NCBI GenBank assembly: GCA_951406725.2
Contig: OX597814.1
Coordinates: forward strand, 72,416,001 to 72,480,000
Source of the DNA: Octopus vulgaris
Taxonomy: Eukaryota
Length of the DNA stretch: 64,000 bases
Direction of reading: 5' to 3'
The notes below the pieces were generated by a model that saw nothing but the letters and a program-made list of their open reading frames with translations, did not search any database and was not told the DNA's origin. A program made the translations under genes and the position numbers. Shown here piece by piece: positions 1 to 14,470 of the stretch; positions within the stretch are counted from its first letter, which is position 1, and each line of letters begins with the position of its first letter.

Positions 1-535
1 TATTAATATCAATGATATGCAAAAAAAGTTTTGGCATAAAAAATTGTAGATCAGTGTAATATAAATCTAAAATTATAGATGTCTTAATTAGCAAGTCCAC
101 ACAAGTCAATACCTTTAATATGGGGACTCAGTACAACCAAACATGACTCAAAACTTTGCTATTTAATATGATTGTTGATGTATCTTAAAATCCTGAAAAT
201 ATTAATATTTTAGATATTGATACAATACAGATCAATTTTCAAAACAAATTATCTGTGTAGATTTTCTCTGACAATTTCAGGACATTATAGCTAACAGTGT
301 TCAAAGGTATAATAAATTTGCTTATCAAACACAAACTAGAATTTAGAGGAACTCACCCTACAATTTTAATTTTAATTTCATTTCCGATAATAATTTAAAC
401 AATATAACAAAATTTTAAGTTGCATAAAATGATATTGGCAGAAATGTTTGGCATACAGAATATATCAAATAAATGCATTAAAGTTTATTATGTTAGAATG
501 AAAGCAGGACAAAACAGAAGAAAATTAAACCTTAC

Positions 536-902
536 ATAAGCTGTATAATATCCATTGACTTTCTTTAGCTTAATAACATCTTGCACTGTTCCATCAGTGG
601 GTCCTGCTGTAGATACTTTGTGTTCTTTACTAGCTGAAGAAAGAGTGTTATTGGCTGAAGTTGAATTTGAAACATGCTTTAAGAGTTCTTTTACTGCAGT
701 ATTGACCAAGGAATTATTTGTTTTATGCGTCACGGCAGCTCTTTGAGATCTGGATAACAAGAAACTGTCACTTGTCACATATTTTTTCACCTGGTCATCA
801 GAATCACGCCGAAATAGTTTATGCTGAGAGATGAAAGTCTTTTTATCCAGAGTAGATATCATTAAACGACTTAAATCTTTCCCTTTCCGGTCCACATGCA
901 AA
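536..902 (-). CDS. GPR107: GPR107/GPR108-like internal exon (variable lumenal region); gene continues left of the window
   Basis: ttttcag acceptor ending at 903 and gtaag donor at 535. 367 nt completing the V codon, then LHVDRKGKDL...VNGYYTAY. Corresponds to ORF 488..922. Confidence 0.8.
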
Positions 903-974
903 CTGAAAAAAGAAATAGACACAGAAAGATGTATTTAAAACAAAGTGAAACAATTGTTTTAAATTCTGACACAA

Positions 975-1160
975 AGTCAGCAATTTTAGGGAGTGGGTAG
1001 TCGGTTTCATTAACTTCTAGTACTTAAATAGTACTTATTTTATCAAGTCTAAAAAAATGAAACACAAAGTTGACTTTAGCAGCATTTGAAGTCATAATGT
1101 AAAGAACCTGAAGAAATGTTGTTAAGCATTTGAACCGATTGACTCCACCAGCTCACTGTT
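975..1160 (-). mobile_element. Degenerate tRNA-derived SINE (same family as 61589-62050)
   Basis: Aligns by eye with the tandem SINE copies at 61589-62050 (tacttattttat...aaagttgac...atttgaa...taagcattt). Confidence 0.6.
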
Positions 1161-1793
1161 TTAACAAAGAGAAAAAATGAGCAATGAAATAAACTATAAT
1201 ATATTAGTATCTTTTTATTATTAACAGGATTCTAAAAAATATGCTATTCAAATAACATGCTGATCTTTAAAACTCCCAACTCTGCCTCTTGAGAGACAAT
1301 TTGTGGGGGAAAAATTCCAAAGATTTCAGTGAATATCTTTAAAAACTACTTTGTAATTCAAATATTGAATCAATAAAAAAAACTAAACATATGTTATATT
1401 ATCAGTAAAATACTGAAACAACATGTTGACTGAAGGTAAGTTTCAGCAAAAGCTAAAAATGAGGTCACCTCAATATATCTAGCATTTACTATTTGTATGG
1501 TTTTCCTTAAAGATCAATAACTTTAAATCAGTAGTTGTTAATCTTTATGATTTTATGGTGTAATGGAGAGTAAATAAACAATTACTAACACTTAGCATGG
1601 AAAGTTTAAAACTTAGTAAATAGTATAGAACAAAATTGCTTATCTCATTTTATTAATCACACTTGCGCATAACAAATTCAGGAATAACATGGATTTTCAG
1701 GAATAAAAAGCGGTTCAATCATTAGTATGGATTTTCTAAAGCCTTAACACACCTAGACATCTCTTACTACAGCTACACCCTTTGAGAACTATC

Positions 1794-2008
1794 TTAACCC
1801 TTTAGCATTTAAACTGGCCATATCCAGCCAAAATAATCTTCAAACTGGCCAGATCTGGTCTCTCACATTTACCCTACAATATCGTTCTAAAAATTAACAG
1901 TTACCTCATCAAAACCTCAAAGCTACAAGGTAATACTTGACTAATTCAAATCAATGTGACTAAATAAGCATTACATTTGACAGGGAAATCTGAGTGCTAA
2001 AAGGTTAA
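1794..2008. mobile_element. TTAA-flanked MITE (piggyBac-like)
   Basis: TTAA-CCCTTTAGCA ... TGCTAAAAGG-TTAA terminal inverted repeats. Related copies at 3013-3194 and 53551-53768. Confidence 0.75.
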
Positions 2009-2102
2009 AGTATACTAACCTTGGAATTACAAACATTCAAAACAAGAATCCATGAAAAGATTTTTTTTATATAACAAGCAATTCCTTTATGTTTATTTCT
2101 AC

Positions 2103-2428
2103 ATTGCTCAGTGGTTAGAGCGTCGAGCTTACAAAAGTGAGGTTGTGAGTTCGCATCCTAGACAGGGCTGCGTGTTGTGTTCTTGAGCAAGACACTTTAT
2201 TTCATGTTGCTCCAGTTCACTCAGCTGTAGAAATGAGTTGCGACGTCACAGGTGCCAAGCTGTATCGGCTGTTGCCTTTCCCTTGGATAACACTGGTGGC
2301 ATGGAGAGGGGAGGCTGGTATGCATGAGCGACTGCTGGTCTTCCATAAACAACCTTACCCAGACTTGTGCCTAGGAGGGTAACTTCTAGGTGCAATCCCA
2401 CGGTCAGTCATGACCGAAGGGGGTCTCA
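2103..2428 (+). mobile_element. tRNA-derived SINE
   Basis: A-box-like GCTCAGTGGTTAGAGC, B-box-like GAGTTCGCATCC, central ttgtgttcttgagcaagacactt domain. Confidence 0.75.
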
Positions 2429-2514
2429 GCAACATTAAGTACCATTGAAGACCAATGAACCATTTCTATGGACCACACAACACTGCATACACCTATTGAA
2501 CACTACAAACATAG

Positions 2515-2862
2515 TTTTTATCTTTGGCTTGTTTTAGTCATTTGACTGAGGCTGTACTGAGGCAATGCCTTAAAGGGCTGAATTGAACAAATCAATCCCA
2601 GCACTTAATTCTTATTCTATTGGTCTATTCTTAGCTGAACCACTAAGTTATGGGGACATAAATAAATCAACACTGGTTGTCAGATAGTGGTGAAGGATAA
2701 ACACTAAGACACACACACACACACACGTTTCTTTCAGTCTAACAAATTCACTCACCAGGGCTATAGTTTGAAGAGACTTGCCCAAGGTGCCTTATAGTGA
2801 AACTGAACCCAAAACTGTGTGAGTGGGAAGCAAGCTTCTTAACACAGCCACACCTGCACCTA
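2515..2862 (-). mobile_element. Composite SINE with CR1-like 3' tail
   Basis: Minus strand has an aggtgcaggtgtggctgtg head, a gggttcagtttc B-box-like element, an internal (TG)n and a tail resembling the CR1-group LINE 3' end. A related copy lies at 8465-8740. Confidence 0.6.
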
Positions 2863-3012
2863 TATCTTTGTATTTAATCAGAAATCAATTTCTCATTTCA
2901 TATTAGCACTTATTAAACAGGCTTCAGGTGCAGAGTAATAGCAGTTAGATATTACTCAAGTATACAGGCATAAAATTTTACTTGAGTAGGTACACTGATT
3001 AAAAGCCAACAT

Positions 3013-3194
3013 TTAACTCTTTAGTATTCAGATTACTTTGTCAAATATAATGCTTATTTAATCACATTGTTTTGAATGTTATGCATTATCTTGTTGCTTC
3101 AAGATTTCAGTCATGTGATAGTTTATTCTTATAATGGCATTATAGGGTAGATATGAAAGGCCAAATCTGGCCAATTTAAATTCTAAAGGGTTAG
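3013..3194. mobile_element. TTAA MITE, degenerate copy
   Basis: TTAACTCTTTAG...CTAAAGGGTTAG ends, body similar to 53551-53768. Confidence 0.65.
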
Positions 3195-3241
3195 ACATGT
3201 GCAATGAAAACAAGCAGTGAAATCTTAAGATGAGCACTTAC

Positions 3242-3339
3242 ACTTCATCCTTAAAATTCATACGGAAAAATATTAATGAAACAGAATCAGTATCATCAGA
3301 ATCCTTTTTGGACAGGATACACTTTTCCTGCATGCTTTC
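3242..3339 (-). CDS. GPR107: GPR107/GPR108-like internal exon
   Basis: gcag|GAAAGC...GAAGT|gtaagt, 98 nt, ESMQEKCILSKKDSDDTDSVSLIFFRMNFKDE plus 2 nt. Contains the conserved CIL, and the phase-2 end matches the next exon. Confidence 0.85.
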
Positions 3340-5165
3340 CTGCCACAAAGAAAAAAGAAATTATATTTAGGATATGAGCAATTAGTAAATGATACAATCT
3401 TGAATATTAAGTTATATTAACCAAAAACTACAATACTGTAAGTAAAATTGTGGGAAAAGATCAAATTTAACAGTGGAAAGTTTACAGCTCTTTACAATGC
3501 TTAGTATTGAAGAAGAAGAAATCTTCTTGAAAAGTAGAAGCTATAGAACTAAAATACTTATGCAGTAATATTTTTGGTATCACAATTACCATACACTCTA
3601 AACTACCCTTTTTGTACAATACAACAAAAGTTACATTTTACTTTCTGTTGAAATGAAATATTTCTGTAAAACATTATCAAAATAATAGAAGTTGTGACAA
3701 GTAAAAACATGAAGTTTTTCTTTGTGATAGCATGTCCTTTTCTAAAACTCATCTATGAAGAAAGGATGTCATCTATTCTTTACTAGGTAAACTCAGTCAA
3801 ATGAAAGAATCTACATTTACAAACACAAGACAACTTTAGCAAGATTCAAACCTATGAATCTAGTCAGTTGTCAAGCAGCTTAACTTGATGAAAACTTCTT
3901 ATGAAGCTGGAGAACAGTAAAACAAGACTGGATATAAGTACAGTTTTGGTATTAATTACAAGCACCTGAGAAATGGAAGTATATTATGGAATCCTAATAA
4001 GGCTGAATAAACACTGCTTTAGTCAGCATTCTTATATGTATGATCTTATTAGTTATAGACTGCATAATTACTATTGTGCTAAACAAAGCACAATAATAAT
4101 TATATTTCTGAAAGGATTCTCTTTGTATGAGTCAAACATTAGGGTCATGAAATATCTGCATGTTGTGTAATTAACAACAAAAACACAGCTACAATCATCC
4201 AACTATTTGTTAATTCTTTCATTGAGACTCCCTGACACCTGTGAACTCAAGGATGTGTAAACTGACCAACAGTTAAAGGAAAAGTCTACTGTGGCACAAA
4301 TATATGTTTACTGAATGTACAATGTAAGCTTAATATATGGAACAAGTAAAAAAAATCAATAGATAAAAACAGGTACTTGATGCAAATGAATATTTAAGTA
4401 CATTGTGAAGTAGTGTGAAGAAGTAGCATGACAATGAGAATAGAGATGGATTAATAATTAGAGTGAAATATATCTGAAGTACATAGGATAGACATTTAAT
4501 TCAAATAAACGTTGAAGGGAGACAATGACAAAGCAACCACTGCTAATGACAATACAAGGCCCAAAATATAATATATTTCTTTTATTTCAGGTTGATCACT
4601 AACCAGTGTCAAACAATGGCAATTCTTTTTAGCCCACAAAAACTCCTTTGGAGTTTCATGCCAGCTATACCTGCTAATGAATGCAAAGCACATGTTAATT
4701 GTATTACATGTGTATCCACAGATATAAACAAAATATATATAAAATAAACCATTTGGACTTCACCAAAATAGTTCCATTTTGCTAACATAGTTTAGATAAA
4801 AATATATTTAAAAATATTTTTTATATGGAACCTGTTAGTATTAAGTATGAGAAATTACAGGAATTACCTTTATAATAATTTACAGTTCAGTTTACAATAC
4901 TAGAATCCTTGAAAAAACATAATTGTAATAAAATAGAGATTTTCTTGACAGGTACAGACTCTCAGACTACCGTGACATGAATTTAAATATCAAATATCAA
5001 ATAGATTAAATTATTTGAGTTCAAAAACTGACTTCTGCAACTGATTTTCTTGCTAACACAGAGTAATTTATAAGCTGAAATATTCAATAAAAGAAAAATC
5101 AAATTGAGATTATTATTTTGAATACTATATAAATAGCTTAATATCTCATAAGAAAAAGTACATAC

Positions 5166-5216
5166 CAAATATGTAGACATTCCAGTACTCCCACTTTTGT
5201 CAAGTGTAAATCCAAA
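5166..5216 (-). CDS. GPR107: GPR107/GPR108-like internal exon
   Basis: ttacag|TTTGGA...TATTTG|gtatgt, 51 nt, FGFTLDKSGSTGMSTYL (compare GFSLD...G.SSYL). In frame with both neighbouring exons. Confidence 0.85.
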
Positions 5217-5819
5217 CTGTAAACCAAACCAAATATGAAATAATTCAATAGCAAAATATATGTATATTAAATATATATAATATTAAACAATTTGCACACT
5301 CACATCTATATGACCAGGCATTTGTAGTTAGTCCAATTACAAGATATGTGAACTAACTATTCAACTATTTAGTAATTCCTCTATTGATATGGTTTCGCAC
5401 AGAGATGAGCCTGCCTCATATCTGTGAACTGAATGCTTTTGTGGTACTAGCTTTAAACAAGGAATATTTCTACTCCAACTGTTGGTTTATCTTTCAAATT
5501 TTTACTCTATGGTAAATTTAATACTAGAGAGTTATAAGAAATCTAAGAATCAAACTTTCAATTGAAGATGACTGTGAATGTGTATGAAATCACATCGGAG
5601 ATGCATGCTTTATACACTCATTGGGATTAATGGGTTTCAATATTGCAATCTTTGTAACTAGTTCACTGACAATAATCCTTCTATAATGAGTGTACTCTAA
5701 ATTGTACAGTTCTCATAAGAACTGAATTGCATGTAGCAACTCTGTTCACATGCAAGGAGCATAGCATACTAAAGCATTTTTAATAGCCATGAACTTCAGA
5801 GAGTCTCCTGGAGTCTTGA

Positions 5820-6545
5820 TATGAGAAAACTCTATTGCAAGAACATAGACCATCTGTTAACATTACAGCTGTCAATTTATGACATCAGACGTTAGCCCTA
5901 AAACAAATATGTGCAAGCTATCATCAAAGAGTGATGACAGTACAGACTCTTGGCTGAAATGCACTGGATCAGAGATGTAGCAATATATCACACAGAGTTA
6001 CAGTGACATAGTGAATATTATCATACAATGGTTTAATGATGCCTTCTTCATATAAATGTACAAGAAAGTATCTTAAGTCTCCTTTGATTGTAAATCTTGG
6101 TACATCCCAGCCTTCAGGGAATCAATACTTATCTTGTGGACACTGCCTACCTACAGTGGCAATATGATATACAGACATGATTTTTAGTCTGTCAGATCCA
6201 GGGTAAAAATCAAGAAAAGCAAGAAGTACCTACATGCAGTGTTTATTGATATGAACTAAGTATTTGATTCTTCCTCTAGAGTTGTGCTTTGGATAGTATT
6301 CTCTGAGCTGAATATATCAAGTGAAATTATTAAATTCATCAGATCCCTCCATGATGGAATGTGGAACAATGTCTGCTCTATGAACACTTGTCTCCAACAG
6401 TAGCAAGCAAAGAAGTGTTGTTGCACCTGAACTTTTCAGGCAGTTTTTCATGGCAATGCTAAAAACTCCATTTTGCATCTGTGATAGTGAGAACAATATT
6501 ATATTCTACATCAGTAGTAACCTCTTTAGGCTACAAAGTTTAGAA
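5820..6545 (+). pseudogene. Highly decayed RTE-type LINE reverse transcriptase remnant
   Basis: Broken frames give TDMIF..., LHAVFID..K.FDS and similar RT motifs, with many stops. Confidence 0.5.
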
Positions 6546-6782
6546 CAGTAAAATAAAGATTGGTAATGTTCTGAACACGTTCAAATAACATCTTGACACT
6601 TTTATGTCAGATAATACACTTTCAATCTTGAACAGACAAGGCATGACATTTTTCACAATTTAGAAATTTATATATAAATGAAGATGGTTACCCTTTCTAT
6701 CACTAACTACTGTTTATTTAATTTAGAAATTAGGTATGACTACCTCAGTTTAAAAAATGTCAATGACAGATTATTTACTTAC

Positions 6783-6905
6783 AGATGATTCATCAAGCTT
6801 GTGACTACTGTCTTTCATGTAAGAGAATTTTGTTACATTTACTGTAAGAGTTCCTCCTTTGAGAAAACCAAAGGTACTTAATGTAAACTGCCTACGATCA
6901 TCATC
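6783..6905 (-). CDS. GPR107: GPR107/GPR108-like (lung seven-TM family) internal exon, N-terminal lumenal domain
   Basis: Minus strand tttccag|GATGATGAT...TCATCT|gtaagt, 123 nt, phase 0/0, translates to DDDRRQFTLSTFGFLKGGTLTVNVTKFSYMKDSSHKLDESS. Resembles the DDxR..L.TFGF...G...VNV segment of GPR107/108 (recognised from memory). Confidence 0.85.
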
Positions 6906-7299
6906 CTGGAAACAAAACAAAGAACAGATATAAACAAATGGATTAGTTGATAAATCCTTTCAAAACTTAAAACTGTTATAACCAATTTTATGCAGTTTTC
7001 AGTTTCTCCTCAACAATATATGCCAATCTCTAATGGGTAGCAAAATACCATCTTTAATCTTTTATATAGATTTATAGGCATAGGCATGGCTGCATGATTA
7101 AAAAGTTCCCTTTGAAATCAAATGGTTTGGGGTTCATTCTTACTACATGGGCACTGTTGGCAAAGAGTCCAATGCCTTGTTAGTGAAACTGGTAGATGGA
7201 AACTTAAGAAGCCCAACATTTGTGGGCTTATTCACATATTCACACAAGTCTGTACATTTCTGTCTTCCTTCAAGTGTTGACATTGCATAATGTTTCAGT

Positions 7300-7545
7300 T
7301 CTATATTTAAGAGTTGAGGAATTATGTACATTTGACAGATATTTGTCCTCATCTTGTTTGTTGTTAACACATTTTGGCTAATATACCTTCCAAGCCTTTA
7401 TCAGGTGTCTTGGGGAAATTTTGAACCTGGGTTCTCATTCCAAAGGTATTTTTCGATGTTATTAATTATTATTTAGGTCACTGCTTGGACTCTAACTTGG
7501 AATCTTGGGGTTAGTAGCCCGTGCTCTTAACCACAATGCCATATG
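7300..7545 (-). mobile_element. tRNA-headed repeat with a decayed hammerhead motif
   Basis: tRNA-like segment TGGCATTGTGGTTAAGAGC...AGTTAGAGTCC (7542 to 7478), followed by acac-CTGATAA-aggct...agcc-AAAA-tgtgt (7408 to 7366). Confidence 0.5.
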
Positions 7546-7994
7546 CTCATGGGCAATTATGGAGTGAATTTTAGGGCTTATAAATCTAATATTTTCATAT
7601 CCTTCCTTAATACCAGTTTCTATATGCTACTCATATCTGCACTCGGTCTGCTTACGAGGCTGTTGTGTCCTAGCATATGTGCTGCTTTGTTTAGTTTTCG
7701 TATTTTCCAGTGGTGTTCTCTGTCTATTATTTTAACTTCATCCCACCTTAGGATATGAGGCCCCGCTTACTAGATCAGCTGGTTATCAAATAAAGCTCAA
7801 TATTCTGCTAGTCATCGCTCATTGTCTCCTTTTGTTGTTTAGCCTCAGATTGGCCCTCAAAATCATTCTAGTTGTAACCAACCAGTCATTTTATTTTTTC
7901 CAAGTTACATTATCAATAGTGTTATTCTTTCCTTAACCATTTTTAATACCAACCAACCTGTAACAAACCATACTAAAGTATTCATATATATACA

Positions 7995-8740
7995 AACATG
8001 GTTCAATGGAAAGAAGTTTGCTTCCCAACCACATGGTTTCAGGTTGAGTCTTACTGCATGGCACCTTGGTCAAGTGTCTTCTACTATAGCCCTAGGCCAG
8101 CTAAAGCTTTGTGAGTTGATTTGATAGACAGAAACAGAAAGAAGCCTGTTGTCTGTATGTGTGTGTGTGGAGATGCACTGGTTCAGTGGTTAGGGCAGTA
8201 GACTCATGGTCGTAGGATTGCAGTTTCAATTCGTAGACCGGGCGTTGTGAGTGTTCATTGAGCAAAAACACCAAAAGCTCCATGAGGCTCCAGCAGGGGT
8301 GGTGGCAAAGGCTGCTGTACATTAAGGGTACAGTCTCTGTGGAGTGCTCAGCCACTTGTACAAGCCACTTGATTTCACGAGCAGGTTGATTCTGTTGATC
8401 GGATCAACAGGAAACCTCGTCGCCATAACCAACAGAGTGCCACATGATATATATATATATATATTGTATGGGTCTCAATTGCCAAACTGCTAAGTTACAG
8501 AGATGTAAACATACCAACACTAGTTGTCAAGCAGTGATGGGGAACAAACACACATAAAAATATATGCATACATACATGTACATGTACACACACACATATA
8601 CATACATGACAAGGCTTCTTTCAGTTTCCATAATCAGCTTTAATTAGACCAGGGTTATAGAAGACAATTTTCATGCAGTGGGACTGAAGCTGGCACCATG
8701 TGTTTGGGAAGCAAGCTCCTTACCACACAGTCACATCTGT
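7995..8740. mobile_element. Cluster of three SINEs (7995-8160 +, 8176-8445 +, 8465-8740 -)
   Basis: A/B-box-like heads (e.g. GGTTCAGTGGTTAGGGC...GTTTCAATTC) and family similarity to 2103-2428 and 2515-2862. Confidence 0.6.
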
Positions 8741-9707
8741 TTGTGTATATATATATATACATATTATTCTTAAACAAAAATGTTGTTGACAGTGACTTAG
8801 AAGTTTCAAGCAGCTAAGCCTTCATCTGATGATGGCTTAGCTGGCAGAAAATTCAAAGTCACTCTCAAGACTATTGTTGTTTAAGAAGAATACATTTGTA
8901 CTCTACAAAAGTATAGAGTAATCCATCAGATAAATGTAAATTTGATTTTATTATAATTGAACATAAAAACATTTATATATATAAATATATATATATGTAC
9001 ATACATACATACACACATATATCTTAATATATAAAACAGAGTTTGTTGGGGGGTGCATGTATGCATATGTTCCTTATGGATTTTGACATATGAGGTATAA
9101 AAGATTCAGTAATCTTTTGGCTACCAAATAAAGTATGTTTTTGCAGAACTCTCTTTTACTACAAAAATAACCTCGAAAACGAGATCAGGTCGCACAATTT
9201 TGAGGTCTTTAGCTATGAGAGGTAACTCTACTTGAACAATCGTTGCATAATGAGAAAATGTTTAAAATACATGGAGCTTTACCAGGGAAGAAAACCTCAA
9301 AAATATACCATCAATTATTATTTAGTAGATAATTTGTTCAATGTTTGTCTGTGTTTTGTTTAGCCCAAAGTTACTTCTGATGTAGCAGACCCACCGCATA
9401 CTTTTTTTTTCCTTCCTGAAATACTGTAAATCTGTGTCTTTCTTTTGAAGAAAGGATGTGTTTTAAGAGAGATTTGGCTGCTATTTGTAGTAGCTCAAGT
9501 TACCACAGACACACCTGAGTGTGTGTGTTTTGTTGTGGTGGAAAAAAATACCTTTTCTCAGAATATTTTGCACAATAATTTTTTAAGAAATCTGGACATA
9601 TATATATACACACACACATGCACGCATACACACACGCATGTGCACACACACATATATACACATGCACACACACACACACACACATATGCATGTATTCATA
9701 TGTACAT

Positions 9708-9745
<38 letters not shown>

Positions 9746-9992
9746 AAATACTGAACTTCTAAATCTCTCGTAGAGACATGTACGGTGGTGGGGCGATAGA
9801 ATGGTTGTATACTGTCAATCTAACACGAACGTGACAGTAGGGGGGTACACCACCGCTGTATAGCCCTAGGAAGCATCGAACGCCTCCTGATGGCTTTGAC
9901 ACATTTTTCCCTGTGTCCTTATATACATTTACGAAGGGGAGACAAACACCCCCGGCCGCCGAAGCTGCATCTAGGGACACTATCAGATGCAT

Positions 9993-11562
9993 CTGAGTCA
10001 CTATCAGAACTGGAGGAGAAGTTTCAGGGTGGAAGCAAGGATTAGAATCGAAGGGCCTTACAATCAACCTAGCCAAAACCAAAGTCAAAATAAGTAGGAA
10101 GGTAGACCAATCACAAACGCCTTCAGGTAGATGGCCCTGCTCGATCTGTAAAAAAGGTGTAGGTAGAAACTCTATAAGGTGCACCAAATGTAAGCTATGG
10201 ACACATAAGAGGTGCAGCAATGTCAAAGGAAGGCTAACTAGGAAAATAGTTTTTGTCTGTGGCAGATGCTCAGGAGCAATAAACACTGAAAATGTGCCGA
10301 GACCAACTTCTACCATGTTCCAGAGAGAAAAACTAGAAGTATTTGATAGCTTCCACTACCTAGGTGACCAAGTCAGTAGCAGGGGTGGGTGTGCTGAAAG
10401 TGTAACTGCTAGAGTAAGAATAGCCTGGACAAAGTTTAGAGAGCTCTTACCTCTGCTGGTGACAAAAGGCCTCTCGCTCAGAGTAAAAGGCAGACTGTAT
10501 GATGCATATGTACGTACAGCCATGCTACATGGTAGTGAAACATGAGCTGTGACTGCTGAGAATATGCGTAAGCTCACAAGAAATGAAGCCAGTATGCTCC
10601 GATGGATGTGTAATGTCAGTGTTCATAATCGACAGAGTGTAAGTACCTTGAGAGAAAAGTTGGACCTAAGAAGCATCAGTTGTGGTGTGCAAGAGAGACG
10701 TTTGTGCTGGTATGGTCATGTGACGAGAATGGCAGAAGATAGTTGTGTGCAAAGGTGCCACACCCTAGCAGTTGAGGGAACCTGTGGAAGAGGCAGACCC
10801 AGGAAAACCTGGGACGAGGTGGTGAAGCACGACCTTCGAACTTTAGGTCTCACCAAGGAAATGACTAGAGACCGAGACCTATGGAAGTATGCTGTGCGTG
10901 AGAAGACCCGGCAAGACTAGTGAGACCATAACCCGTGGCCTCTACCTGGTATGTAGCCAGTCGACTTATACATACCTTTCCTTCTTGGGACACAAAACTC
11001 CATTTGTGAAGACCCGTTGAGGCAAGTGAAAATCAAAATCAAAATCAAACCAAATCAAATCAGATATCAGAAAGCAAAACCAAAATCGAAGTCGATCAAC
11101 ATCAATGGAAATTGCAGCTGTGATACCAGTGCCGGTGACAATTAAGCGAACCATCCGATCGTGGCCGTTGCGAGCGCCGCCCCGACTGGCCTCCGTGCCG
11201 GTGGCACGTAAAAAGCACCATCCATTCGTGGCCGTTGCCAGCCTCGCCTGGCCCCCGTGCCGGTGGCATGTAAAAGCACCATCCATCCGTGGCCGTTGCC
11301 AGCCTTGCCTGGCCCTCGTGCCGGTGGCACGTAAAAAGCACCATCCATCCGTAGCCGTTTGCCAGCTCCGTCTGGCACCTGTGCGGGTGGCACTTAAAAA
11401 GCACCCACTACACTCACGGAGTGGTTGGCGTTAGAAAGGGCATCCAGCCGTAGAAACACTGTCAGATCAGACTGGGCCTGATGCAGCCTTCGGGCTTCAC
11501 AGACCCCAGTTGAACCGTCCAACCCATGCTAGCATGGAAAGCGGACGCTAAATGATGATGTT
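9993..11562 (+). mobile_element. 5'-truncated RTE-clade LINE (PHD-containing family) with tandem-repeat 3' UTR and (GAT)n tail
   Basis: Translates as ESLSELEEK..GLTINLAKTK..PHD..FHYLG..GRGRPRKTWDEVVKHDL. In-frame stop at 10543. Four ~62-bp 3' UTR units. Confidence 0.9.
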
Positions 11563-11598
11563 GATATATATATATATATATATGTATATGTATATATA

Positions 11599-11985
11599 TC
11601 TCTCTATATATAAACGGCAGTTTGTCTGTGCGTGTTTCTGTGTGTCTGTTTTCTCGTACCCTCACCCTGACCACGGCTTTCAACCGATTCTGATGAAACT
11701 TGACACACACATAGCCCAATGTCATAATTCAAAACTAACGCAGCGAAAATTTTGAAAAGTTCCCCCAGTTCTGAAAAAAATCGATAAATTCGACATGGGG
11801 TCGAGAATAAAAAAAAACAAACCACAGACTGTCTAGGGGACGCAACTCAACCTTTTTTTACTCTCAAAAAAAAATTTACCATCATTTTTTTTCCATTTTT
11901 TTGCTATATTTTGGCTATAACTCTCTAAAAATGCTTTATAGTTATTTCCCTTACAAACCTGAGCAACGCCGGGCGATACTGCTAG
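11599..11985 (+). mobile_element. Non-autonomous Helitron
   Basis: Starts TC, ends with the hairpin CCTGAGCAACGCCGGG then CTAG, inserted between A and T. Its 5' ~225 bp are near identical to the 5' end of the autonomous Helitron (27547-27766, minus). Confidence 0.9.
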
Positions 11986-12449
11986 TACATATATATATGT
12001 ATATATATACATATTTTTTTACTGTTTATATATATATTTTTTTACTGTTTATATTTTTGTACTGTCGTTACTGTCCTGTTTTTTTACCATTTTTTTACCA
12101 TTTTTTACCCCTCAGCGAAAAGATCTCAGAATTTTAATTGATTTGCTTTTCGCAGGAAGGAAAGTTTCTTGTCGAAGATACGTCTCGCTTTTATCCTTCG
12201 AAACGTAGAGTAGATGAAACCTTTGCGAGTGAAGAAAGGGATTTTTCGTTGTGTTAACTGTCCTGTACTCCATTTTTTGTTGTTTTTAAAAAAATGTCCT
12301 GTTCCTTTGGTTTGTGTCTATGTTTTCGTTTCTCTTTGTGTTCGACGTCCCTTTGGTGTCCTGTACTCATATATGCGTGTATATGTACATGTAGAGGTAG
12401 GTACGTACATATATGTTTATATATATTCATGTTTTATTTCTTTTATTAA

Positions 12450-14470
<2,021 letters not shown>

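Noticed and set aside
488-922. Stand-alone 144-aa gene
   Set aside because: It is an internal exon bounded by splice sites, in frame with upstream GPR107-like exons.
2103-2180. tRNA gene
   Set aside because: The tRNA-like head runs directly into a SINE body and has no complete acceptor stem.
12160-12215. Hammerhead (TTGTCGA...GAAACGTA)
   Set aside because: The core and helix I are too degenerate to call, although it may be a decayed member of the same class.
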